Origin: Podarcis tiliguerta
Taxonomy: Eukaryota
Strand: one strand, 5' to 3'
Assembly: GCA_965153285.1 (NCBI GenBank)
Contig: OZ229119.1
Length of the DNA: 64,000 nucleotides
Shown: positions 47,985 through 62,169 of the stretch, piece by piece
Layout of the letters: every line of letters starts with the position of its first letter
Numbering within the stretch: position 1 is the first letter of the stretch
Made by a program: the position numbers and the translations under genes
Notes under the pieces: generated by a model
Seen by the model: only the letters and a program-made list of their open reading frames with translations
Told to the model about the DNA's origin: nothing
Database searches by the model: none

Positions 47985-50900
47985 AGTGCAATATACCATG
48001 TGGCATTAGATGGTGATGGTGAGCCTTAGGTGAATTTAATATATTTTAAAAAACGCTTTAAAAAACAACAAACCCATTTACAGAATGGGGTTTTTTTAAA
48101 ATATGTGTGTAGATTCCACTTGAGTCTACTACATGCTCCCACTTGGGCTGGAATCCTGTCCCAAGGGTGGGACCACTTCTGGGGCAGAATGCTAACTAGT
48201 TTCCAAAAGATCATTTACCGTGATGCAGTTAGACTCCTCAGAGATCTGGGATTGGCTGCACCTCTAGTTCACAAGTTAGTGGCTAACCTGAATTTGTTGC
48301 CATGTAATGTGCGGAATGGCTCTTACGCCTTTCCTGTTTTTACAAATCATTTCAGCACAGCTGTGTTGTACCATGCTGCAAAGCATCCCCAGTCCCATTG
48401 AAGAGGGTTTGCTATTACTGATCTAAGCTGGAGACTTTTTAGCTTTGAAAAGTTAATACTTCTCTAGCCCCCACTCCCCTCCCAAAAGGTCATCGACACC
48501 AGGAACACCCAATCTAAGGGTGAGACCAAAAACGTATTTATGGCAAGACAACATGGGGCAGTTGCCCAGAGTGATACATCTGAGGAATAGGCATTGCACC
48601 ACCAGACATGCCTTTTAATTGGAGCTCTTTCCCAACCATTGCTCTTGTGGGGGGAGGGGTGCACACACAAAATGCAATATGAAGGTCACACTGCCAGTTC
48701 CTCCTTGGTCAGAGTGACAGAGAGAAAGCAGGAGGGGCAGCAGGAGAGAATGTGCGTGCATGGGGTGGTGTGTGTTTGTGCTTTGAAAATATTGGCAGGA
48801 GGGAGACAGATAAGAGACTTTGAGCTAACTCACAGGACATAGAGAATGTGAAATGAGTGATGGGCTCTGTGCTCACACCAGCCAGAAATAAATGCTACAT
48901 ATATAAGACAAGTAGGCTTATGGTGTGTGTGAGAGAGAGTGTATACCAATGCTCTCCTTAATCCTATTTAATTTATTACTTAGCCATCAAACAGTGGAGT
49001 TAAAAGTTCCTTTTTTTCTCCCCTGGCTTCTAAAACAACCAGCTGGATGATATGCGATACAGTCCACAAGATGGGGAGTGAAGTGTCCAGCCTGCCAAGA
49101 TCAGGCTGTCAGCACCAGCCCTGAAACTGACTAGTTCCAAAGCTACTCTAGAGAAGCTGCTTGTTGGCTTCACAGTGGCAGCTAAGTCTGCACAGGAGGG
49201 AAAGTCTGAAAATTGGATCTGTGCCTTGTGTGAGGGATTCCTCTCCTTGTAGGCTGAGCTCAAGTCACATTACAGCAGGAGCACAGAGTTGGGGAAGCTG
49301 GTTCCTCAGAAAAGTCACGGCCAAGAACAATTCCCAATTCAGCTGACACGGCACTGCCACCATGGTTTGCAATAAAGCTGTGACACCATTGGGAATTGAG
49401 AGAGGAGAAGATTTTGAGTATTTAGGAAACCAACAAAAGAGTAAATGTTAAGTTGGGTTTGTATGCAGAAGGAAGGGAAAGGTGTATGCTTGAGAAAGCT
49501 GGATGTGAAAGAGATGGGTCAGAGTAAAGGACTCAGGGTGGGAGTAGGTGGGGGTCATATACCATTGGAACAAGGTGGATGTTGATTTGATTTTTTATAT
49601 ATTTTAGTCCATGTAGTTAGTCCACCTCCTATGAAACATCTCTAAGTGATTAGCAACAATATCCTTCTCAGAGGAGAGTGGGTTAGAGCCAGCATCTGAC
49701 ATGTGCTTTAAGGTGACATTAGGACACCAATATTCTAAGTTTAAGTGGCTTCATTATGGGTCATGTTGGCCATCCCTGCTCTTTGGTATCAACCACCTAA
49801 TCTGTCCCGTAAGAGATGCAGGGCTCTTACAATATACTTTCTTACTACGGACTTAACCAATAAGAGACACAATTTCTGCCCTGCTGACACAATGCGATAC
49901 CACAGTGCAAGTAAGAAAGACAATCTTGCTTGGCTGTATGTGAAGCATTCCTTTAAAAATACAGGCTGGCTACTTTTGAACAGCCCTAGCTTCACGGCTC
50001 CTATAGCTCACTGTTTTGTGCCTGACTTGCTCAGCTGAGCTGCTTTGCAAAAACGAACTAATATTGATACTTGTTTCTGAGCTGAAGGGATAATGCTTTA
50101 ATCCTCTTAGGGTGGGATTCTGACTCCACTGAAATCAACAGCCAGATTCCCAATGGTTTCCGTGGTAGATTAGGTTTTTGAGGAGGGATTTGAATGGGGT
50201 AACTTGACAGAGAGAGGCTTTTCTAAGCAGTGGACACAACATGGACACAAGCACAATGGAGGTCTGTAGGGCAATGAATCTCTTTAACCTCAAAGGCAAT
50301 TTTTTAATGACCTGAAAATATTCATTTCCCTCAGTATTCTTACTGCCTTCATAGTCCAAAATGTTATTAGCAAACATATAAAATTAGCCAACCCTCTTTA
50401 AAATCTAGCTCCAGTGTTGGGTTGCAGTGACCTCTTGGGGCAATGAATTCTATAGTTTAATGCTATGCTGCACCAAGAATTATTTCTTGCCTTATTGGTT
50501 CACAACCTGTTGCCCTTTAAAGTCAGCAAGCGGCTGCTGCTTCTCGTAATGTTGGGGGGCGAGGTAAAGAGAGAGAATCAATCTATTTTGCAGCAAACCT
50601 TTGATCATCCTGAATGCCTCAGACATGCCACCTTGTAACCATTCACCCTTGCAGGCTAAATGGCTCTCATCCTGCAGTCCTTCATCTTATGCAAATTCAT
50701 CTGCGTTGCTCTGTTGACCTTCACCAGACCTTCCCAATGGCTTCTACATATCTTTCCTTCTCTAAACAGCCTCCTGAAAAGCAAACTATTCTGACCCACA
50801 ACTTCTTGTGTTATTCAAAAGGTCAATTCCTATGTCTGCACTGATTCATGATGATGAATGTGATTCCCCCCCCACATTCCTATTAATTGCCCCCTAATCT

Positions 50901-53229
50901 TCAAAGAGATGCAGATGCTGAGCTTCTTTAAATTCAACGCAGATGCACCAACTTCTGTTTTTTAAGTAAAGGGATTTCATTTTGTTTGTTTATAAAATCA
51001 TTTGGCCCTAGTATCACATTGTGGTCTTGAAGTGTGCCCGCTAACTGGCTCACAATAAAAGAAGAGAAGCACAATAATATCCAGTTACAATACTATAAAA
51101 CTGTGCTGAAGATAATCAACCAAAACACTATCTGCAAGAAGACAAGACATTGAAAGCCAGATTAAAAGCTAGGTAGAATAAGATCTTAGCTGATTGCCTA
51201 ATCTTAAAAGAGAAGGAGGCAACTGAACCTGTTGAGGATGTTCTAGCTCTGAATTTCCTCCTCTGAGCAGGAGATTGGACTACTTGGACCAGCAGCAACA
51301 CTCTAGGAATACTCTAGGAACCTCTTTATGGTAGAAGTTCCACAGCTTGGGTGCTGCAACTAAAAAGGCCATCCTCCAACCAACCATATTTCATAGAGCA
51401 AGGCCTCTGATGATGACTGCTTCGAGCACATTGCAAGCAGACACTTGTTAAACTTTGGTTGCCTTTCAGGATCCCCTCTAACCCCAGAGTTCCCTCTCCT
51501 CCCTTCAGCTGGAAGGATCATCTCATCCAAGCTCTGATGATGCATTCAAACACATCAAGGGATTTCTGATAGAATCTTCTCCTTAGCATAATTAACTTGT
51601 GGCCCTCCAGGTATTGTTGGAATCCAGTTCCCATCAGCCCAGAGATTAATTAATTTAAAGGAATGTTATTCCACTCTTCAGCCAAAAAGGCTTTCAACGC
51701 AACTTTCAGGATCACTAAAAAAAAAAAGTCCTGTCAGTCTTATCATCTAAAAAGACACAACCTAAGTGGAAAATGGATTGGGAGGGAGGAGGAAATGAGC
51801 AAACTCAGGTATGAGTTTTAATTACCAGTTCTTCTAATGACCAGCTAGGTGGAAAAGTTCATGGAGAGAATGTGCTAAAAACGCAGTTAATTCCAGTGCT
51901 GTCTCCCTGTCCAAAGATTTTCAGATGACAGCACCTCTAAAAGTGCAGCTTACGTTTTAGAACATGAAATAGGAATACAAGCTTTTTAATCTCAACCAGT
52001 TCATATATGAGTTAACACTTATTTCCCTCCTCTCTCTCCATTGAGTGGTATTTGCATTCAAATTTCACAAAAAAACCCCCAATCAAAATCTAACACAGAG
52101 AAAACACCACAAACCAATTTTCTCCCATTTAAAATCTAATTGCAGGGGAACAGCTGAAAGAAGAGACTGACATAACTTTCTTCTTCAGGGAGAGAGGCGT
52201 TTTCTTGTATTCATTCATGAATGTCAGACAAGCAATTGGTAAGCTGTTCAATTGCACAAATCTCCATTAAATGCAGATGTCAGTCGGAGAACATATAAAT
52301 GTTCTGAAGTTTTTTAAAAATGCAAGAGAACAATTTCTGCCCCAAACGGTCAATGGCTCAGGGATTCATAAATTCAGCTGCACAGATGCCAGTGGTGATT
52401 TAAAAAATTGTGTCTGGCAAATAACACCCCTGAAAAGGCAGAAAATAGACTTCCATTTCTTCCATGTGTGCAAGACCTGGCAACTTTTAATATGATTTCC
52501 CCACCCAATTGTCTTCCTTGTCATCTTTTCTAACCCTATGTCACTTTGCCATCCTTTATCATCTCTGCAACCATTTTGCTTATTCTTTTTTGCTCTCCTT
52601 TTAGACTCAAACTGCTCTTTCCCTCTTTTCTCCTAGTTCCCAGTCAAAGCTATAGCCACTGTAGGCTCAGTCTTGGAGCTGGGTGTATATGTGTACAATC
52701 AGAAGATACAAACATGTTGGGGAAATGGTGGGTGTAGCTGCATCGTCATCCAAGGAAATATAGCCAGACTCTCAACTGGGGAGCCAACATAATGTTCCGT
52801 GGACACAGAGGGAACCAATGTGTCCATGGAATTGGGGGTGGGGGTGAGGGGAGTGCATTCTGCAGCATTGGATTCACCCAACATGGAGAACCAGGTAGAA
52901 ACACCAGTTGCAGCCAGAGGAAAATCTATGCTACCCTCTGCTGTAGCGGCTCTCCACACATGCTCGCAGGATGGCTAGCTTGAATTCCCTTGTGACAAAT
53001 GTGACAGACTCTCTCGCTAAAGATGGGTAATGAAAATGACTTTCTGGGTGTGCAACAGGTTCAACTCTTCCTGTTAACAACGCTAGAGAAGTCTGTTTTA
53101 ACTATTTGTGGTAGTGTTTTATTAAATCACAATCAGGTGTTTTACTTCTGTGAAGGATGCCCTGTGTCCACTTATTCCCCATTCAGAGGTTCACAGGAAT
53201 GAGGAGGCATTTCTGGAACAAAAGTAGAT

Positions 53230-53530
53230 TAATAATAATTTATAACAATAATAATATTTTTGTACCCTGCCCACTCTGGACAGTTTCCAGCGTAATATAC
53301 AGAAACACAACAGAACAGCACACATTAAAAGCATTCTGATACAGGGCTGCCTTCAGATGTTTATAGAAGGTTGTATAATGATTTTTCGCTTTGACATCTG
53401 ATGGGAGGGCATTCCACAGGGTGGACTCAACTGCTGAGAAGGCCCTCTGCCTGGTTCCCTTCTCGTAGTGAGGGAACCGCCAAAGAGCCCTTGGAGCTGG
53501 ACCTCAGTGTCCGGGCTGAACGATGGGAGC
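53230..53530 (-). mobile_element. Longer L2-like LINE 3' fragment
   Basis: (AAT)n tail then acagggctgccttcagatg...gagaaggccctctgcctggttccc, same family as 9890. Confidence 0.6.
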
Positions 53531-56500
53531 TTTATATTTTATTTATACTCAATGAGAGTTTTTAGATTGATGACTACACATGCAAGGCACAATTCTTCGT
53601 TCCAGGCAAACACTATTTTCAGAGAACTTTAAAACCTTAATCAGCACTCTTATTTAAAGTTTATTTCTGGATGGATTACTTCTACAGCATGGGTGCCCCC
53701 AGACTGCCACTATTTTGCAGGAGGGGTATCCAGTGCATACTGGAAATTTAGTTGTGCAAACAAAGTCGATTAAAGTGCTCTTGCCCAAGAACAGCAAATC
53801 CAGCTGTTTAAAAAAGAAGAGGGAAAACCCTGACTTTTGCAGTTAGGAAAGTGATAAGACAATGAACCAAAAATTGTGGGAAGACTTATAAAGTTCACAC
53901 TGTTGTAGAACATCCCTGAAAACAAATCAGGATGAATACTTAATAAAGGTTCTTTCAGATGGCCACTATTTCCAGGTGAGATTCAACCACAGCCCGACAA
54001 ATTCAGAAAGCACAATTAAAGTTGATTTGGGTCTCTGCCAATAAAACAAAACAAAAACAAAAAACCCACTCCCCCAATATCAGACTTTTTGCAATAAGGA
54101 AAACTATGGGAAAATGCACTGGAAAATGTGAGATAGCTCTGGGTTTGAAAGGTCTTCTAAACTCCCCACAAACAAATGGGTATGCCTGCTCATTAAACAG
54201 GCAATGCCGTCTAATCTCTCTGCAAACAAACCAGGTTGAATGCTCATGGAACAAGTCATCTGGGAGCAAACATAGCCTCACCTTTGTGTCAGCTTTGTGC
54301 AATGAGATCAGGATGAATGCTCAATAAAACAGGTTGTCTGGAAGGGGCTAGAGGAGGAGGAGGAGGAGGCCGAATGTGTCAAAGGAGAGCTCAAAACAGA
54401 GGCAGGGTTTGCCAAGGCAATGCACCACCACCATCTGGGCTAGAAAGCACACAGGAGCATATTACATCTCTTCTGATGGCTGGGATGGGAATGAAGTGGT
54501 AATGAGCAAGATGCATATGCATGCAGGTGCAGGAAATGACATACAGGCAGGAAGACAGTGCATGTGCCACTCGAGAAACAAGTCACTGTATGCAATCCAG
54601 TGGGCATGGGGAGGCAGCCGACTCCACCTTGCCTGAACCCAAGGGGTTCTGTGGATGCTTTTGTCATGGCAATAGTTTATCTGGCGTTCTGCTGCTCCTG
54701 TAACCCCTGAGCTGAGGGCTCTTTGCTACATGGTTGCCCCGATTAGATAGCAAGACTCTTGGGGTGAAATTATTATTTTGCAGCATCTTTGATTCCCGTG
54801 GTAGTTCGCGGTGCACTCTTGGTTTTCCTTGTCACTTACGCAAGGCACCCCAGCCCCCCGCTATTCCAAATGAAACAAAATGGTCCGCAAGGAAAATAGT
54901 TTATTCTGTGGAAAATCACAGTCTGCCAGCAGTGCACACATTATAGAGATTACAGCATTAAAAATTTAATTTGAGAAATTCTAAAGCACTTCATATTAAA
55001 AACTCCCTGAGATATACTTAAGAGAAAATGCTTGTAGAACTCATAAGCTAAGCAATGCTTTAGTTATGAAATGTTAAACTATGCTTTAATTTATCAAGAT
55101 CAAGTTTGTGTCACGAATATTACATTTCCATTAATGCAGGATATAATTTTCTGTTCTTTTACTTTTGTCTTTTTTGGCAGCTCCCTGCTGCAATTTTTTT
55201 TTTCTTGAGTGGGGGGGGGGGCGGGGAGGTTAAGGGAAAATATATACATGCTTCAATTATATTAATGTACCATTGTATGTTTTTGGGAGAATCAGTGATA
55301 CCCTGGGTCCCGTCCAAACCTGTGATCCTGTATCTGTGAGGATACAAGGGAACTTGGAGAACCAGTCAAACTAGTTCCTTTGTTAAGGTACTGGCCCAAG
55401 CCAGTCAGTTGTACTCATCATTCACATCTTAAAAAGTGGGCTCTGTTGCTATGGAGACAAATGGGTGGGCCTTTTCCCACCTCACCTGGCTGGATGCCTC
55501 ATCATCCTAGGATGAAAAAGAGGCCAAGACGGGGAGGGCTGTATATGTGAAAATTGTAGGAGTTTGTCTCATGCTGGAAGCTGGACACACGGAGACAAGT
55601 GTGCTCTGTGCTGAACCCCAACTGTCTGGAGGCTGCCCTGGAAACCTAATAGGGATGCAAAATCTGCTGATGTGTTAAATACTGTGAGCCCTTCCATCTT
55701 ATGCCCAGGTTGTATTTATGTGTAAATAAAACCATATGTCCTAAAGACACCGCAGCCTCTGCTGACCTTCATTCCAAGGAAACTGAACACTTGGTAATGG
55801 TAGGAATCCTTGCTTGCAGATTGGGGTGGCACTCAAAAGTATTAATGCTCAACTCAGTGAAGACTGATTCATAATGAAGTTCTGCCTCAGTCTGCCCCCA
55901 TCTGCCTGCCTTCCATTTACAACCGGTCCAGTGGGCAGAACAGCCTGTCAGCTTCTTCCTCCTGCTTAGTCTCAGACTTGACCTTGTAGAACTCAGAAGA
56001 AAGGAGGATGGTGACAAAGCAAGAATGAGTTGGTTCTGCCTGTCATTGGCTCTTGGCTCCTTCTACTGTTGGCCTCTGCCTTCCTCCCTACTAGTCCCAA
56101 TGGGTACCAGCCACCAATGCAACTTGCCTATGAGCAAGTTACAGGTATGCATGTGTGTGTGTCTGTGTGTTGTAAACAGTGGGATCAAAGAGAGATGCAG
56201 AAATGGTCATTAACAAACCAGTAGTTGATGGGTTACATGGACATCCCAACCTTTGTGAGCTTATCAACATAAACATTTCAAGCCATGGATGATAGAGCTA
56301 GACCTCTTGATGAACTAAAGTTCCTTTGTTCGACGATAGCCACTTTCAAGGTCAGTTACAGAGTGTCCTGGGAGGCTGAAATGTTTCTTTAAAAAATGTT
56401 TTTTTCCTGATGCCAGATAAAAGTCCATTTGTTCGTTTGCATAGAGACTGGCCTTTCTGTCCCATGTAGAGCGCAAAAAGGCAGTGCTGGCAGATAATGG

Positions 56501-57439
56501 CGTGTAACACATTGCAAGATGAACACTGCTAATTATATAATTATCAGTTCTGCATATTAATTCCCTCTGAGCTTACTATTCACAAGTCCACCCAGGAAAA
56601 CCCATGTGTATCTGTTTGTGTGCATCTGCTTGTAACAAAGGATAACACTTTCTGCAACTGATGAAATGCAATGTGTAGTTGTGCCATAATTTGTGAAAGA
56701 TGCCCAAGAATCTTTGCTGTACGAATAATCTCACACTCCTGTCTTGAACCAGTCCTTGCAAATTCTAAGAACTGCCCCCTTGCACAATTTCCCCAGTTCT
56801 CTTGATCTCCAAAGACCACTAGCTCTTTCCAAGAGAGTCCAAGTCCGTAGAGAGCCTGTGTGACTAAGGACCAGTTCCAGCAACCTTTGTGATGCTTCCC
56901 TCCCTAAGGTAGCTAGTAGTTGGATCAATTAACCAAATGGGAACATAACAGGAGAAAATCAACCTGCCTACACCTTCCACAAACAGGATTCTGCTTGCTC
57001 AGGCCACTGCAATCATTTCGGTGAGGATAACAAGGGAAAAATGAATGTAAAGTAGGCTGAAAATCAATAAATCTGGCATATTCCTTCTCACTTGTCAGTC
57101 AGGAGGGAATGAAGCTATATTTAAAGCTATCTGATTGCTGTGCCTAGAGCCAGATGCTATGGTTGCTTTTGTTTGGTGGCAGGTTTCAATGCCCCAAACC
57201 CCCTAAGTGGGTTTGTGTGCTTCTCTGCAATTTCCCCCTGAGGAAATCAAAGCCAATGCCAATTATTCAGATGAGATTATATTTAGGGCTGGCAATGTTC
57301 CTGTCATGGGTTGCCAGTGAAGCACCCATGGATGCACAGCACTCTTGGAGGCCTTCCCAGGTGCCCACAGGGCCCTATCCTCCCCACCCCTGAGATTCGG
57401 CTTGAAAGAAGCCTAATGTAGCTAAGAGAAGGCATCTTC

Positions 57440-57780
57440 CATACCCTCCAACATTTCTCTGATGAAAATAGGGACATCCCATTTCATAATGATAATTTTA
57501 CTATTTATACCCCATCCATCTTACCAGCCACTCTGGGCGGCTTCCAACATATATAAAAACATAATAAAACATTAAACTTTTTTTTAAAAAAACCCTTCCC
57601 TATACAGGATTGCCTTCAGACAGCTCAGGGGTCTGATAACTCCATACCCTCCAACATTTCTCCAATGAAAATAGGGACATCCTAAGGAAAAGTGGGGCAT
57701 TCTGGGATTAAATCAGAAACCGAGATGGCTTCTCTAAATCAGGGACATTCCTGGAAAATAGTGACACTTGGAGGGCCTAG
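57440..57780. mobile_element. Composite MITE-like element with duplicated left end and internal LINE-tail fragment
   Basis: cataccctccaacatttctc...gaaaatagggacatcc occurs at ~57440 and ~57643; inverted end gacacttggaggg at ~57763-57775. Confidence 0.55.
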
Positions 57781-58858
57781 TCTTCAAGCTTAGTTACAAC
57801 AGGGGAGGGACAATTTCTGGGTGAAGTTATAGCTGTGGAGGGAAGTAGTAAGCTTTCCCCCCCCAACGGTGACCCCTTACACCTAATTGTGTCAAAGGGA
57901 GGGTGTGAACATCCTAGATGTCCAGAGTCCCAGTCAGTAGAACGAGCAGGAAGGATCCCAAATGCAGCAGGGCTGAATCACCCCATTTGGAAGGAACATG
58001 GTACCTTCTAAAGAACAAGACCCACAAGACCATTAAGAGTAGAGCAAAAATTACCTAACAGCACTGTTGAATTAGCTCAGATGCTGTCTGGTATGAGCTT
58101 AATTTATAGAGAAGGAGAAAACAGCAACTTCTGGAACTGCTGATCTGGTACGTTCCCTGAGTGCTAAAACGCATGTGCCATTATTAGGGTTTTGGGGAAA
58201 AGATGTCTGCGAACAGCGTGATCATTTCTATTATTTTAAAAATAGCTTTTAGATTATGCCCTTTATTGAGTTGGTGGCACACCAGCCTGATGGCCATTGC
58301 ATTTGAATTTCCCGTTACATCCATTTTGTGCCATCAAGGCAAACTCATATTTGCTGATTAATGCTATAAGCCGAGAGATTTGCTCTTCCCTTTTGTTTCG
58401 TTATTTTTCTAAATTGAATTTAGCACTGGCAAACGGCTGCACAATAATGGATTTAGAGTTGGAAATATTTTTCTTAATCTCTAGCACACAATGTCTGTGT
58501 GTTTACAAGATATGCAAATTTCTTTACCACTTCTCTCCCCACCCCCCAAATACCTTTCCATAATATGAGTCACAAGAACATCCCTCCGAGTTAACTGCAA
58601 GTTAACTCAGAGAGATGCTCATTGAATTACATAACTGGAATGAACCTCCAGGTTATTTAGCCTAAACCATTGAATTGAGGCACTGGGATGTAACATTTTA
58701 ACAGCACTGCCTCTAACACCCAAACACAAGAATATTTTTCCCTGCCCTGGGCAATAGTGTAGTGGTAGATTTTGAAGTGCAAGGCATCCAAAAAGAGTCC
58801 CAAAAAAAATGCAGATCGCAGATTATATACATAATCTTACATGTATCTATAAACAGTA

Positions 58859-59105
58859 CAGTGGTACCTCAGGTTAAGAACTTAATTCGTTCTGGAGGTG
58901 AGGTCCGTTCTTAACCTGAAACTGTTCTTAACCTGAGGGACCACTTTAGCTAATGGGGCCTCCCGCTGCTGCTGCATCGCCGCCGTGCAATTTCTGTTCT
59001 CATCCTGAAGTAAAGTTCTTAACCCGAGGTACTAATTTTGGGTTAGCAGAGTCTGTAACCTGAAGCGTCTGTAAACTTAAGCGTCTGTAACCTGAGGTAC
59101 CACTG
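58859..59105. mobile_element. Tc1/mariner-type MITE
   Basis: perfect TIRs TA|CAGTGGTACCTCAGGTTA ... TAACCTGAGGTACCACTG|TA. Confidence 0.85.
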
Positions 59106-61260
59106 TACCTAAATATATATACATACAGGGCTGTAGCCAATGAACTCATCCTGTTAGTGCAAGGACTTTTGCTTGCACAATGGAACTTTTCCTTAACTCT
59201 CCCAACATGCCCTCATCCACTCCAGAGGGTTAGGGGACCCCCAAAACAGATAAGGGTGTGTTTGCATGGGGGGTGGGGTGGGGGAGAGGAAGCAGAAGTT
59301 CCATTGCACAAGCAGAATTCCTAGTGATAATGGGATGGCTCTGTTGGCTATAACCCATTACGACCCTCTGTTCCCCCGAGCAATGGTGCCTAGCACAATA
59401 ACAAGTTTATTAGGATCAGCCAACAGTCATGGGATACTATGCCGGCAAAGAGTTGTTAGCAGTTAGCCTGTTGGATTTGGGCTGGGTGACCTGGGACTGA
59501 TGGGAGCTGTAGTTCTTATAATGCAGCAGCTCTCATTTTTATATATAATGCTTGGTTATACCTGAGTCCTATGTGCTCTATAACTGGACATGTTCCTGCT
59601 ACTGCGACTGATGCTGACTCTGTTGAAAAATCTGATCACTCACAAGGTGCACTGCATTCAGAGCATCTGATACCTGTAAGCTTACAGAGCACCTGTGCCT
59701 ATACTCATGGTAGTGTTTGCTGATCCAAACAGCAGACTGGAGTGAAAACAGACGCAACAATTTAAGAGTCATATAGTGGAGGTGGTATGATAGCTCCTCT
59801 TCTGCTTTGTAAACAAACATGTGAGGTGGCGGAATGATTTTGCAGTGTCTCAGCCCAAATAGGGAAAAGTTAGCAGTGAAGGCACCCTAACTGGCTACTC
59901 CCTGCAGCATCACCAACATACCTCCATTCTCCCCAAGCCCTGGAGAAGATTTGCATCTATTTTAAAACACATTTCTGAGGGATGAACATAAATGTACAAG
60001 TGATGTTCATAAAGGTGGCAGACAGCCCACCTATGAGGGGAAGGGCAAGACTGAAGGCCAGTGTGCATTCTATAACTAAAGTTGCAAAACTAGTTTGTGG
60101 ATAAGTATTCACTGAGGGGCACTGGCTAGCGTAATCCATTGCACAGAATCCTATCCAATTTTGTATTTCTTTGTAGTTACTATTTTCAGCATTCGTGCTA
60201 CAAAACTGCACCAGGCCACCGGAAATGAAGAAATCAGTTGTGTGGGTACACTCTTAGCTATTTTCTGCTCCTGCTTCTATAAACAGGAAAGATCAAGCAA
60301 AAGAACACAGGAATTTGTCTTGTAGTGATTCAGACTACTAATCCAATCACTACATTGACTGGCAGCAGTCTCCTCCAGTTTTCTGACAGGATATTTCCAG
60401 CCCAAGCTGGATAATTCCAGGGATTGAATCTGGGACCTTTTGCACGCAAAATGTGTGCTCTTATCACTGAGCAACAGAAAGGTATGTTGCACCTAGGGCG
60501 TTGTGATGATGTTCAAGGAGTAAGATTCCTAGGGGCGGGGAGGAAGAAATTGCAGGGCAGAGTTTACAAAAAGAAATGCTAGTGATTTCATGTCCCTCCT
60601 CATACATTAGTGACATTTTGTTATCACAAGTATTATTTCAAAGGTTCTGGAGTATAATCAACAGTCGCCATCCCCACAAATGCGCAGAATAAAATGTGTC
60701 TAGCACAAGTGAGAATCCATTTATTGCCTCCGAGTTGCAGGAAACTGAAATTACCGCTTAAATAGCCTCTCAGTTCAAGCGAGGGTAAATCGATGCTGAC
60801 CGCGGAGAACAAACAGTCCAGATTTTCCCAAAGCTGCAGACCATCATAATTAATCTATTCTTGTTGAATGAATATGGAGGTGTTATCTCCTTTTCCCCTG
60901 CTTGCATCTCTTTGATCGTGTATGGTAGGCATTATACTGTACTTGGGAGGTTTGTCAAGTTTTTATTATTTGGGTAATTTCATATTAAAAGGGAAGGTGA
61001 AGAACCTTGATGGCAATTTGGCTGCAGGGCTAGAATGAATTCTTGCAAGCAAATCACTGTGGAGTCATTACTCCTGCCTGCTAAATATCTGAATCAGCTG
61101 ATACGCAAATCGTACTTCCAGTCATGCCTGTATAAGATTACACTGAAAAGATTCCGAATCACTCGCTGGCACTTGTGACATAACATCTGCAGCAACTCTG
61201 TGTATCCTCATTTGGCATGCACATCCACCGTGGTTGAAGCCCAAGTAGGGAACCAATGTG

Positions 61261-61376
61261 CAGTGGCGTAGCGTGGGTTGTCAGCACCCGGGGCAAGGCA
61301 AGTAATTTGCACCCCCTAACCCGTGGATTTGCACCCCCTAACCCTAACCCCCTGCACCCCCCATGCTACGCCACTC
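61261..61376. mobile_element. hAT-type MITE
   Basis: TIR CAGTGGCGTAGC...GCTACGCCACT; 8-bp TSD ccaatgtg / ccaatgtt. Confidence 0.75.
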
Positions 61377-61439
61377 CCAATGTTGGCCATTTTTGAAGTA
61401 CTCAGACCTCCAAAAAGAGAAAGCTGAAACAGTCTAAAG

Positions 61440-61685
61440 CAGGGGTCAGCAAATTTTTCAGCAGGGGGCCAGTCCACTGTCCCTCAGACCTTGTGGGGGG
61501 CTGGACTATATTTTGAAGGGGGAACAATGAATGAATATTAATGAACGAATTCCTATGCCCCACAAATAACCCAGAGCACACATTCTACTCATGTAAAAAC
61601 ATGCTGATTCCTGGACCGTCCGCAGGCCAGATTGAGAAGGTGATTGGGCCACATCTGGCCCCCGGCCTTAGTTTGCCTACCCATG
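61440..61685. mobile_element. hAT (Charlie-like) non-autonomous element
   Basis: CAGGGGTCAGCAAA ... TTTGCCTACCCATG; perfect 8-bp TSD gtctaaag at 61432-61439 and 61686-61693. Confidence 0.82.
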
Positions 61686-62169
61686 GTCTAAAGCAAAGTA
61701 GCCCACTATCTGAAGCAGTGAAGAGGGTTCTGAACCCTGGGGCCTCCTCATATGAGAAGCAAAGGTAGCAGGACTCTCCATAAGATATCCACACTGCCAA
61801 TAAACCTGTGAAACCATCAGATCTGGACATCCTGCCTGAGTACATAAGGTTCCTAACACCAGTGGCCTGGGTTCTTGGGCACTCTCTGATATCTCCTTCA
61901 GAGCTACAGGAGCATTTATCTCCGAAGTGTAACCACCAAAGTGGCTGGCTAACTGCAAATTAAGCTTCTCTGGGGCATGGGGCAGTGAATAGGAACCGCT
62001 GCCCAGATCAGTGCCTGACACAGTCCCAGTCTGAGCTGCTCTATTGCTTGAAGCAGCAGCTCTCATCCTGGCTTCAGGTTCCAGCCTTCCCAACCTGAGG
62101 AATAGGGCTTAGCTTCAGCAAGGTGGTAGCGTCATATCCCTCCAGATTGTACCCCAATGCTTTCCCTCC

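Noticed and set aside
55320-55790. Possible LTR-like segment (tatgtgtaaataaaacc motif)
   Set aside because: Could not define TG...CA ends or a TSD with confidence
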